Shown here: in pieces, positions 56,596 to 64,000 of the stretch
How the letters are laid out: the number at the start of each line of letters is the position of its first letter
Position numbering within the stretch: the stretch's first letter is position 1
Assembly: GCA_965237785.1 (NCBI GenBank)
Contig: OZ250159.1
Location: forward strand, 1,099,656-1,163,655
DNA: 64,000 bases
From: Candidatus Rariloculaceae bacterium
GTDB lineage: Bacteria > Pseudomonadota > Gammaproteobacteria > Steroidobacterales > Rariloculaceae
Direction of reading: 5' to 3'
Position numbers and translations under genes: made by a program
The notes under the pieces: model-generated
Told to the model about the DNA's origin: nothing
Seen by the model: the letters and a program-made list of their open reading frames with translations, nothing else
Database searches by the model: none

Positions 56596-57602
56596 AGAAG
56601 CGCGGACGCGGCATGGCGTGCATGTGGTACCCCATCGGCTTTACGGTGGCGGCCAACCCCAGCGCGGCAACCGTCAAGGTGAATACCGATGGAACCGCGA
56701 CATTGCTCACCGGTACGGTGGAAACCGGTCAAGGCGCCCTCACCGTGCTCGGCCAGATCGCCGCGGAAACACTCGGTCTCGCCACCGACGACGTGCATGT
56801 CGTCTCCGGCGACACCGACGTGACGCCCATGGACACCGGCGCCATTGCCAGCCGCACCACGTACGTCACCGGTAACGCCATCGTTCGCGCCGCGGAAAAG
56901 GCGCGCGACATCCTGTTCGAGGCGGCGGCGCCGCTGCTCAACGTCAAGCCGGAACAACTGGAAGTCAGGGACAGGCATATCCAGGTCCTGGGGTTTCCAT
57001 CAAGATCGATCCCGATCGACAAGGTGGTCCACCACAGCGAAACCGTCATGGGCAACCCGGCGATCGGGAGCGCTTCCTACAATCCGCCCACCGTTGAAAT
57101 GGATCCGGAAACCGGCCAGGGCAAGCCATTCAATACCTACGTCTACGCCACCCAGATCGCCGACGTCGAAGTCGATGACGAAACCGGCGAAGTGGAAGTG
57201 CTGAAGATCGTGGCGGTCCACGATTGCGGAACGCCCATCAACCCGATGCTGGTCGAAGGCCAGATTCAGGGCGGTATTTCCATGGGCGTGGGATTTGCCC
57301 TGCAGGAAGAAATCCTCTTCGAGGAAGGCCGCCAGATCAATCCCAACCTCACCAACTACATCATGCCCACCAGCCTGGACATGCCCGAACTGGATGTGGG
57401 ATTGGTGGACAATTACGATCCCACCGGCCCCTTTGGCGCCAAGGGCGCCGGGGAGCCCACGGCGGTACCCACCGCGGCTTGCATCATGAATGCGATATTT
57501 GACGCCGTAAGTGTCAGGATCACCGCCCTGCCAGCGACCGCGGAGCGGGTACTGACCGCCATTAACGAGAAACGTCAGGCTGAGCAAGCCGACGCGGCTT
57601 AA
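56592..57602 (+). CDS. Xanthine dehydrogenase-family molybdopterin subunit, C-terminal part
   Basis: Starts MKKRGRGMACMWYPIGF, with its ATG overlapping the previous stop (ATGA). Contains GTVETGQG, VHDCGTPINP and FGAKGAGEP motifs. Confidence 0.8.
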   Translation: MKKRGRGMACMWYPIGFTVAANPSAATVKVNTDGTATLLTGTVETGQGALTVLGQIAAETLGLATDDVHVVSGDTDVTPMDTGAIASRTTYVTGNAIVRAAEKARDILFEAAAPLLNVKPEQLEVRDRHIQVLGFPSRSIPIDKVVHHSETVMGNPAIGSASYNPPTVEMDPETGQGKPFNTYVYATQIADVEVDDETGEVEVLKIVAVHDCGTPINPMLVEGQIQGGISMGVGFALQEEILFEEGRQINPNLTNYIMPTSLDMPELDVGLVDNYDPTGPFGAKGAGEPTAVPTAACIMNAIFDAVSVRITALPATAERVLTAINEKRQAEQADAA

Positions 57603-57727
57603 CCAGCGCTGGTTGCCCGGTTTGGGCCGCGCGGAGGTTTGGGCAACTCCCGCGGCCCGTCCGCCACATACAGAACACTCAAATGTGGTTGCATGGCTGA
57701 TCTTTGCCGTGTGCGCTTACGTCTCGC

Positions 57728-57756
57728 TTGACATAGAGTGAAATTACTTCAGTATT
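57728..57756 (+). promoter_or_regulatory. Possible sigma70 promoter of the repeat-protein gene
   Basis: TTGACA (57728-57733), 17-nt spacer, weak -10 AGTATT. Located 25 nt upstream of the ATG at 57781. Confidence 0.3.
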
Positions 57757-57780
57757 TTTTGGGTGCGACAGGAACCGGAA

Positions 57781-58272
57781 ATGAAGGCCAGTCACGTCAG
57801 CTCGGAATTCTGGGCCATCGTTGGGGTGGGTGTTTCCCTGGCCCTCCTTATTATCGGTATGGGCACGTTCATGGTGACCGACCATTCGTCGATGCGTGCC
57901 GAGATGAGATCGATCCGTACTGACCTGGGCAGTGAGATAGGCATGCTTCGCGCCGACAATCGAGACGATCACATCGCGATACGCAATGACCTGGGCAGCG
58001 AGATAAGCATGCTCCGCTCCGACAATCGAGACGATCACATCGCAATACGCAATGACTTGGGCAACGAAATAAGCATGCTTCGCGCCGACAATCGAGACGA
58101 CCACATCGCAATACGCAATGACCTGGGCAGCGAGATAAGCATGCTCCGCACCGATAATCGAGACGACCACATTGCAATACGCGATGACATAGAAGCACTG
58201 GGTGGGCGGATGGGCTATGTCGAGGGACGGCTCGGTATTCCCCCTGTAGACGTCGGACCCGAGGCTCCGTAG
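57781..58272 (+). CDS. Membrane-anchored protein with four 22-residue tandem repeats
   Basis: N-terminal TM helix FWAIVGVGVSLALLIIGMGTFMV followed by 4x DLGSEISMLRADNRDDHIAIRN. The long antisense ORF 57679..58749 is judged spurious. Confidence 0.6.
   Translation: MKASHVSSEFWAIVGVGVSLALLIIGMGTFMVTDHSSMRAEMRSIRTDLGSEIGMLRADNRDDHIAIRNDLGSEISMLRSDNRDDHIAIRNDLGNEISMLRADNRDDHIAIRNDLGSEISMLRTDNRDDHIAIRDDIEALGGRMGYVEGRLGIPPVDVGPEAP
57922..58185 (+). repeat. Four tandem 66-bp coding repeats
   Basis: Units start at 57922, 57988, 54 and 58120 with no indels. Units 1 and 2 differ at 5 of 66 positions (about 92 percent identity). Confidence 0.9.
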
Positions 58273-58296
58273 GAGAGCGCCACCGGATCGGGATAT

Positions 58297-59406
58297 ATGA
58301 CCGTATTCGAGATTCCACAGACGATGAAAGCCTGGGTCCTGGGCGACCCGGATGAACTCAAGCTGGTGGAAAAACCGGTGCCCCGGCCCGGAGCCGCGGA
58401 GGTGCTGGTGCGAATCGACGCGGTGGCCATCTGTGCCACCGACCTGGAAATCATCAGCCACGGCGCCCCGGCCATGATCGGCGGCGAACTGCCGTTCAAC
58501 AAGAATTTCACTCCCGGCCACGAATACATGGGCACGATCGTCGCGCTGGGACCTACCGTGGATGAATTTGCCGTGGGAGAGCGAATCGCCGTGGAAATCC
58601 ATGCCGGCTGCGGCCGTTGCCAGCGCTGCCGCATGGGCATGTACACCTCGTGCCTGAATTACGGCGCCAATTACGGTGAATTCTCGAAGGGGCACCGAGC
58701 GAACGGCTACACCACCGACGGCGCATTCACCCAATACGCAGTGAATCACGTTAATACACTGGTCAGGGTGCCGGACTTAATGAGCGACGAAGTGGCTACG
58801 CTGATCGTCACCGCCGGGACCGCGACCTATGGACTCGACGTCCTCGGAGGGCTGGTGGCGGGTGAGAGCCTGGCAGTCACCGGCGCCGGACCTATCGGCC
58901 TTCTCGGGGTTGCCGTCGGCAAGGCTTTGGGCGCCGGCCCCGTCATTCTTACGGATATCGTCGACGAGCGTCTGCACATCGGCGTCCGGCTCGGCGCCGA
59001 TCATGTGGTCAACGCAGCCCGTGAACCTGCGGTAGAGGCCGTGCGCCGCGCCAACGGCGGGCGCGGAGTGAGCTTTGCGTTGGAGTGCTCCGGCGCGCCC
59101 AACGCCGTCAATGAAGCCATCGCCATCGTCAACCGCGGCGGGCGCGTCTGCCTGGCCGCATTTTCACCGAAACCTGTTTCCGTGGATATCAGCCAGATTG
59201 TTATCAACAACATCTACCTCTATGGCATTCGCGGCGAAGGTCAGAGTGCCGTGCGCCGCGCCGCGGCATTGATGACCCAGAAAAAATTCGATGCTTCCCC
59301 GGTTCACACTCATACTTTCCCGTTGAGTGAGCTGCCGGAGGGGCTTCGCCACGCCCGGGAGAAACTCGACGGCGCCATCAAGGTGGTCATCAAGAACCAG
59401 GAATGA
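58297..59406 (+). CDS. Zinc-dependent alcohol/polyol dehydrogenase (MDR family)
   Basis: ICATDLE, GHEYMG, the structural-zinc CGRCQRCRMGMYTSC, and the GAGPIGL Rossmann motif. Confidence 0.85.
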   Translation: MTVFEIPQTMKAWVLGDPDELKLVEKPVPRPGAAEVLVRIDAVAICATDLEIISHGAPAMIGGELPFNKNFTPGHEYMGTIVALGPTVDEFAVGERIAVEIHAGCGRCQRCRMGMYTSCLNYGANYGEFSKGHRANGYTTDGAFTQYAVNHVNTLVRVPDLMSDEVATLIVTAGTATYGLDVLGGLVAGESLAVTGAGPIGLLGVAVGKALGAGPVILTDIVDERLHIGVRLGADHVVNAAREPAVEAVRRANGGRGVSFALECSGAPNAVNEAIAIVNRGGRVCLAAFSPKPVSVDISQIVINNIYLYGIRGEGQSAVRRAAALMTQKKFDASPVHTHTFPLSELPEGLRHAREKLDGAIKVVIKNQE

Positions 59407-59454
59407 CCGAAGGCCCTCAGCCGAATTACCCGCAAAACCGAAAGGAAGAGACAA

Positions 59455-59760
59455 ATGCCCGCGTACTGGCTCGCACGCTCGAAAATTAATGACCCGGTGG
59501 AATATAAGCGCTACACGGATCTCGTTCCCGCCATCCTGAGCAAGTTCAACGGCAAGGTGTTGGCCAGAGGCGGACGCCACGAACACCTGGAACGTGGCGG
59601 CCACTTCCAACGCCACGTGGTCGTCGAGTTTCCTACCTTCGAGGATGCCGTGGCCTGCCACCGTTCACCGGAGTACCAGGAAGCACGTCTGTTTCGATTG
59701 AACGGGGTCGGTGACAACGAGTTGGTAATCGTCGATGGGGGTGATGCGACCCCGCAGTGA
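59455..59760 (+). CDS. DUF1330-domain protein
   Basis: 101 aa. MPAYWLARSKINDPVEYKRY...VVVEFPTFEDAVACHRSPEYQEA matches the DUF1330 pattern. Confidence 0.8.
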   Translation: MPAYWLARSKINDPVEYKRYTDLVPAILSKFNGKVLARGGRHEHLERGGHFQRHVVVEFPTFEDAVACHRSPEYQEARLFRLNGVGDNELVIVDGGDATPQ

Positions 59761-59926
59761 CGTTTGTCGGCCCACTCGGTCTGACCTCCTTGCAGCGTCG
59801 TCGAACTCCGCCAAGTCGATATCGGTGACGAACGCTCTATCTAGTGCGTGGTTGGGACGTAAGCGGCGAGAACGATTTCCGCGTACCTTGACAGGAAGCC
59901 GCTCCAGGGTAGTCGGAATTCTTCCT

Positions 59927-60140
59927 TCAATTTGAGGCCCGTATTGCGTTCAACAATTCGCGGCCTTTGTCCGTTGTAACGAATTCGTCGTACACTGTTT
60001 TGGATGCTTCGCGAAATGGGGTCGTATCCGGGTACGTTACTTTCACGCCGTTGCGTTGCAACACGGAAAGTAAACTATTGTCGCTATCAGCATATGCTTG
60101 CCGTTCGAGAATCGCCGACTGCCGGCCCGCACTTGTTGAA
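59927..60140 (-). pseudogene. TRAP transporter solute receptor (DctP family) C-terminal fragment
   Basis: ...AILERQAYADSDNSLLSVLQRNGVKVTYPDTTPFREASKTVYDEFVTTDKGRELLNAIRASN* matches only the last ~70 residues of DctP-type proteins. Nothing upstream fits. Confidence 0.55.
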
Positions 60141-60146
60141 TCCGGA

Positions 60147-60188
60147 CCTCCAGGACCAGAACGCGTTCCTCCAGGACCAGAACGCGTT
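60147..60188. repeat. Perfect 21-bp tandem duplication, each copy containing a 10-bp palindrome
   Basis: cctccaggaccagaacgcgtt occurs twice (60147-60167 and 60168-60188). The core gaacgcgttc is self-complementary. Confidence 0.9.
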
Positions 60189-60274
60189 CCTGGATGACGA
60201 TCTGCGTGCGCCGCAACAGCTCTTCCATGGAAATGACCGACGTTATGAGGGCCGTGATGAGGAGGCCGTTCATG

Positions 60275-60976
60275 TCACACTATTTTGGCGTCTCCTGTGG
60301 AGGCCTCGATATCGAGCGGAGCAACCAGACGACCGTATTCAAGATCCTCCGCCACGAGGGGTTGGCGCCCGATGGCGACGCCAAGACCCTCTACTGCGGC
60401 GTGGAGGGCCAGTGCCAATGTGTCCAGCTTGAGGCAACTTTCCGTATCGATGTCGTGAACGCCAGCCGCGTCGCACCACAATTGCCACTCGTTCGGGTGT
60501 TGAATGTTGTGGATCAGCTTGCAGCGGGTGAGATCCTCGGGCCGTTCGATTGGGCCGTGGTCGGCAATCAGCTGCGGGCTGCAGACCGGGAAAAAGGTCT
60601 CTTCCACAATCAGGTCGAGTTGCGAGCCGGACCAATCGCCGCGACCAAAACTGATCGCCATGTCGGCCTCGACATAACGGAAGTCGGCAGGAGTGGTGGA
60701 AGTGACCAGGCGCACCTCGATCTCAGGATGCAGGTCTTGAAAGGATGAAATTCGCGGTATCAGCCAACGAGCGGCGAAAAGTCCGAGGACGAAGATTGTT
60801 AGGCTGCGATTCCCGGAAGTGTTCCGTAAGCGCGAAGTCGCTGATCCAATGCAATTGAGGGCGTCGCGAATGTCTGGAAGATACTCCTGCCCGTGACCGG
60901 TTAGTACGATGCCTCGACCGAGGCGGCGAAACAGTTGGATGCCAAGAAATGTTTCCAGCTGCGACTTGGCAGGAAC
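60275..60976 (-). pseudogene. LysR-family (GcvA-like) regulator lacking the N-terminal HTH and probably the C-terminal end
   Basis: The frame opens after a TAA at 60977-60979 with ...AKSQLETFLGIQLFRRLGRGIVLTGHGQEY... This corresponds to about residue 45 onward. The wHTH recognition part is missing and the gene ends early after GRLVAPLDIE. Confidence 0.7.
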
Positions 60977-61065
60977 TTATCGTAGAAATAAAGAACGACT
61001 ACCCCGATCCCCAGAATATGATTGATGTGCATCAAGAGTGAGTAGACAAAGCGCAGGTACATTTA

Positions 61066-61815
61066 TTGTCGACGAATCTTCTTCCAGTCCCATGGGAGCA
61101 ACGAGTCGATGTGGTACCGCGCGCAGAGTACCTGCGGAAGGGATCTTACTACGGTAATTTTTCGCGTGCGAGACAAGTCAACGATGAAGGAGTGTTAGTT
61201 GCACAGTGGATGATCAACCCGTTCGAGGAGCAGTGGGACGAACAAACCAAGGCCGAAGACCTCGTCGAGCACGATTACGGAGTAATCATCGTGACTGCTC
61301 CCCACGAGACCTATTCCGGCCACCATGTTCAGAGCCTCTACCAGATGCACAACCCGAGCAAGCTGCGCCGCACAAACGGAATATTCATCTTTAGCGAAGG
61401 ATGGGGACTCTACAACGAGCAACTTATGCGGGAGACCGGTTTTTACCCAAATGATCGCATTGTGTTGCGCCAGTTGCAGCTGCGACTATGGCGAAATGCT
61501 CGCGTAGTATGGGACGTTGGAATTCATACAGGGAAAATGTCTTACGAAGAGGCAATTACTCTGTTGAGTGATGGAGTCGGTTTCCTCCGCTGGGCGGCTC
61601 AACTCGAAATCGACGGCTCCGCGGAGAGTCCGGTTTACAAAATCGGTTACTTCCTCGGAATGTACGAGATCCTCAAGATGCGAGAGGAGTACGAGGACCG
61701 CATGGGCGATCGTTACTCACTGGCGGAATTCCACGAACGGCTGCTGAAAGTAGGCAATATGCCTCCAGCGCTTATGCGTAAAGGGCTGATGGCCGCAATT
61801 TCCGATCCCGCCTGA
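61066..61815 (+). pseudogene. DUF885-family protein, C-terminal half only
   Basis: Contains HETYSGHHVQ (the HExxxGHH motif) and the C-terminal domain. Family members are ~550-600 aa and this one is 249 aa. The frame is closed by a TGA ~25 nt upstream of the first possible start. Confidence 0.65.
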
Positions 61816-61931
61816 TCGGACAGCATGCTGATCGCAGATTCCGGCGCTCATGGCTGGATTCCGATTTTGCCGTATTCCGGGGCATAACGAGCTGGCGAAT
61901 TGTTCTGATTGCATTTCGTAACGGGAACCTC

Positions 61932-62973
61932 TTATTGCGCGACCCGATCGATAACCAACTCCATTACCCCACTGCCCTCTTCCGGGCGTATACTGAATTT
62001 CCCCGAACAGATCGCCCGGCTGTGCGGTGGGCTGACCCGACGCCGGACAGGCGGGCGACCACGGTCAGCGCGTCGAAAGTCGGCCAGCGAACGGCCCGGT
62101 AGCATGTTGTTGGCATCGCTCAGGGTGAACTCACCGGGCACGGCGGAGGCCGTATCCCTGATCACGGCCACCGGCGGACCGCCCTCAGGCGCACGGGCGA
62201 AGATAAAGAGCGCCACGGCGGGGTTGCCGACGACTGCGTCGGCGCTGAGTCCCTCGGCAAGACGGATGCTGAGCCTGATCTCCAATCCGGCGGGGGCCTC
62301 CGCCTGAGCAAGCTGCAGGGACTCGTCCGCCGACTGTAACGCGCCGCCCAGACGCGTCAAGGTGCTGGCGGAGCACGTCGCGGAGCGCCTGAGGGGGATC
62401 CAACTGCAGCAGGCGCGTCCAGCGCATGCGCGCGACCTCTGCGCGCTGGGTCGCCGCGGCGGCCAAGCCGCCGTACCAGAGTGCCGTGGGGTTCTCCGGC
62501 TCGAGTTGCAAGATCTCTTCGAATAGCTGGCCAGCCGAGCCCCGCAACGACTCGGGATCGGCCAAGACCTCGGCTTCGCCGAGCGCAAGCCTCAAGTCGG
62601 TTTCCGGCGCCGGCGTTCGCGCCAGGGCTTCGCGGAAGGCCCGACGCGCGTCGACGAAGCGACTCAACGACATGTAGCTCTGGCCGAGAAGAAACCAGCC
62701 GGCCGGATCGTCCGGCTGCTCTTGAAGACGGGCGTCGAGGTTGGCGACCAGTTCAACCATTGCCGGCATCGCGCCAGGCGGAGCAGATTGACCCTGCCAT
62801 GTGCCGATGCCGAGATAAAGCACCACCGCAGAGGGCACCAGCAGACCGGCTGCCACCGAGCCGAGACCCGACCAGCGTCCGCTGCGCCGCCGTTCCCGCC
62901 ACAGCGGCACGAGCACGAAACCCAGCGCACCCAGGGACAGAATGGCGGCGCCGATCCAGAACTGGACGATCAT
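61932..62973 (-). pseudogene. ccmI: Cytochrome c maturation protein CcmI (CycH) with frameshifts
   Basis: The N-terminal TM and TPR part (MIVQFWIGAAILSL...LLGQSYMSLSRFVDARRAFREAL...) is in the frame of ORF 62185..63081. The C-terminal part (...LEIRLSIRLAEGL...ALFIFARAPEGGPPVAVIR...VMELVIDRVAQ*) is in the frame of ORF 61932..62588. There are further local frame changes near 61985-62076. Confidence 0.7.
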
Positions 62974-63389
62974 GAGGTTTCCGATTCTTCCAGGGGTTGT
63001 GCCATGCGCACGCGCAGTACGCGAATGAACACCACGAGCCCGATGATGACGAAAATCGCCGGACCTCCCCATAGCGCCCACGTGGTGGGCTGGAAGGGAG
63101 GTCTGTACAGCACGAAGTCGCCGTAGCGAGCAACGAGAAACTCAACGACTTCCTGCCGGGTTGCGCCCTCCCCCATCATCTCCCGAATCTCGCGGCGCAA
63201 GTCGGCAGCCAGCGGCGCGTTGGAGTCCGCAATGGTCTGGTTCTGACAGACCAGGCAGCGAACTTCCTTGATCAATCCCTGGTATTGCGCCTCCAATACC
63301 GGGTCTTCAAAGGGGGGATGCGGGTCGATGGCCCAGACCGGCGCCAATATCAGCACCGATGCCAACGCGATTGCGAGCCGGTGCATCAT
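62970..63389 (-). CDS. ccmH: Cytochrome c-type biogenesis protein CcmH (CycL)
   Basis: Signal peptide, LRCLVCQNQ motif, C-terminal TM helix. The start overlaps the ccmG stop and the stop overlaps the ccmI start (ATGA in both cases). Confidence 0.85.
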   Translation of the reverse strand: MMHRLAIALASVLILAPVWAIDPHPPFEDPVLEAQYQGLIKEVRCLVCQNQTIADSNAPLAADLRREIREMMGEGATRQEVVEFLVARYGDFVLYRPPFQPTTWALWGGPAIFVIIGLVVFIRVLRVRMAQPLEESETS

Positions 63390-63943
63390 TCCCTCTCCAC
63401 CAGCGGACAAGGCAGGCTGCCGCACCGCTCCGCGATCCTGGGAAGAAATTCCCGGGCCCAGACTGCCTCGTTGAGCGGGGCGATGTGCTTGTAGAGCACT
63501 GTTCCGTCCCGAGCCAGCAGGAACGTTTCCGGCGCGCCGTAAACGCCCCAGTCGATCGCGACATCGCCCATCTCGTCAAATGCCGAAGCCACGTAGGGAT
63601 CGCCCAGATCGGAGAGCCAGTTGAGCGCTGCAGGCCGTTGATCCTTCCAGTTGAGGCCGAATATCGGCACGTCGCCCGACTCTGCCAGGTCAACCAGAAA
63701 TCCATGCTCCTGCCGGCAGCCGACGCACCACGTCGCCCAGACATTGAGCAGCGCGACCTGGCCATCGATATCGCGGCTGCCGAGCGTCACTTCCGGATCC
63801 TTGAGCCGAGGCAGTTCGAATTCGGGTGCGGGCTTACCCAGGAGCGGGGATGGAACATAGCCCGGGTTGAGGCTCAACCCACGAAAGAAGAAGCCCGCCA
63901 GGACCACAAAGACGGCAACAGGAATAAGATACCGCCACATCAC
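63386..63943 (-). CDS. ccmG: Thiol:disulfide interchange protein DsbE/CcmG
   Basis: N-terminal TM anchor, the WATWCVGCRQEH thioredoxin motif, and GVYGAPETFL. Confidence 0.9.
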   Translation of the reverse strand: MMWRYLIPVAVFVVLAGFFFRGLSLNPGYVPSPLLGKPAPEFELPRLKDPEVTLGSRDIDGQVALLNVWATWCVGCRQEHGFLVDLAESGDVPIFGLNWKDQRPAALNWLSDLGDPYVASAFDEMGDVAIDWGVYGAPETFLLARDGTVLYKHIAPLNEAVWAREFLPRIAERCGSLPCPLVERE

Positions 63944-64000
63944 GCCGGTTCCGCCGCCCGTCCGGCGCGCTTCGGCGCCGCCTGACGCTTCCGCTCAAGC
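63940..64000 (-). CDS. ccmF: Probable ccmF, 3' end only
   Basis: An open frame ...LERKRQAAPKRAGRAAEPA* ends with a TGA overlapping the ccmG start. The call rests on position in the ccm operon only. Confidence 0.45.
   Translation of the reverse strand, partial: LERKRQAAPKRAGRAAEPA

Noticed and set aside
57922-58185. Considered whether the 66-bp repeats, or the 224-bp repeats at 28.6-29.3 kb, could be a CRISPR array.
   Set aside because: There are no unique spacers between the repeats. The 66-bp units are contiguous and in frame within a coding sequence. No cas genes are present in the window.

Overview
High-GC (roughly 60 percent by eye) chromosomal segment of a gammaproteobacterium. All calls come from reading the sequence and the ORF track and from remembered family motifs; no searches were run. 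The backbone gene order matches the Pseudomonas-type locus fabG-acpP-fabF-(pabC)-mltG-tmk-holB-pilZ.

Left to right:
- AddB-like/AddA-like nuclease-helicase pair.
- TonB-dependent receptor.
- A block of lipid and xenobiotic catabolic genes: nitronate monooxygenase, SDR, aldehyde dehydrogenase, thiolase. Several neighbours in this block are visibly broken.
- A type II secretion operon, gspG to gspN, with no gspCDEF.
- fabG-acpP-fabF.
- A ~14.6 kb integrated, plasmid-like island at 25705-40284, sitting exactly where pabC is expected. It carries a DUF4102-type tyrosine integrase, a MobF/TrwC relaxase-helicase, ParDE and much eroded cargo. It has no T4SS and no coupling protein, so it looks like an integrative mobilizable element.
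- mltG-tmk-holB-pilZ, a FadB-like enzyme, an AraC regulator, an M48 peptidase, uup and a DUF3311/solute-symporter pair.
- A molybdo-flavoenzyme cluster: HMGL-like gene, FAD subunit, 2Fe-2S subunit and a split Mo subunit.
- A membrane protein with four 66-bp tandem repeats, a Zn-ADH and a DUF1330 protein.
- A short stretch of gene fragments.
- ccmF(partial)-ccmG-ccmH-ccmI.

The best candidate for an undescribed system is a tightly packed three-gene operon inside the island (29289-32074). It encodes an AbiV-like HEPN protein with an RX4H motif and a long unknown C-terminal half, a DUF6804-like membrane protein, and a membrane-anchored Sel1-repeat protein. It is preceded by ~1.5 kb of repeat-rich sequence with no convincing gene.

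Second theme: an unusually high density of pseudogenes. They arise from clean internal deletions, frameshifts and one nonsense codon, and occur both on the backbone and in the island.

Other oddities:
- A ~190-bp protein-coding palindrome made of two ssb fragments at the fabF-island junction.
- A ~80-bp stretch of about 20 percent GC, kept in frame, inside holB.
- A perfect 21-bp tandem duplication carrying 10-bp palindromes.
- A 27-bp perfect palindrome upstream of parD.

No rRNA, tRNA or CRISPR array was found.
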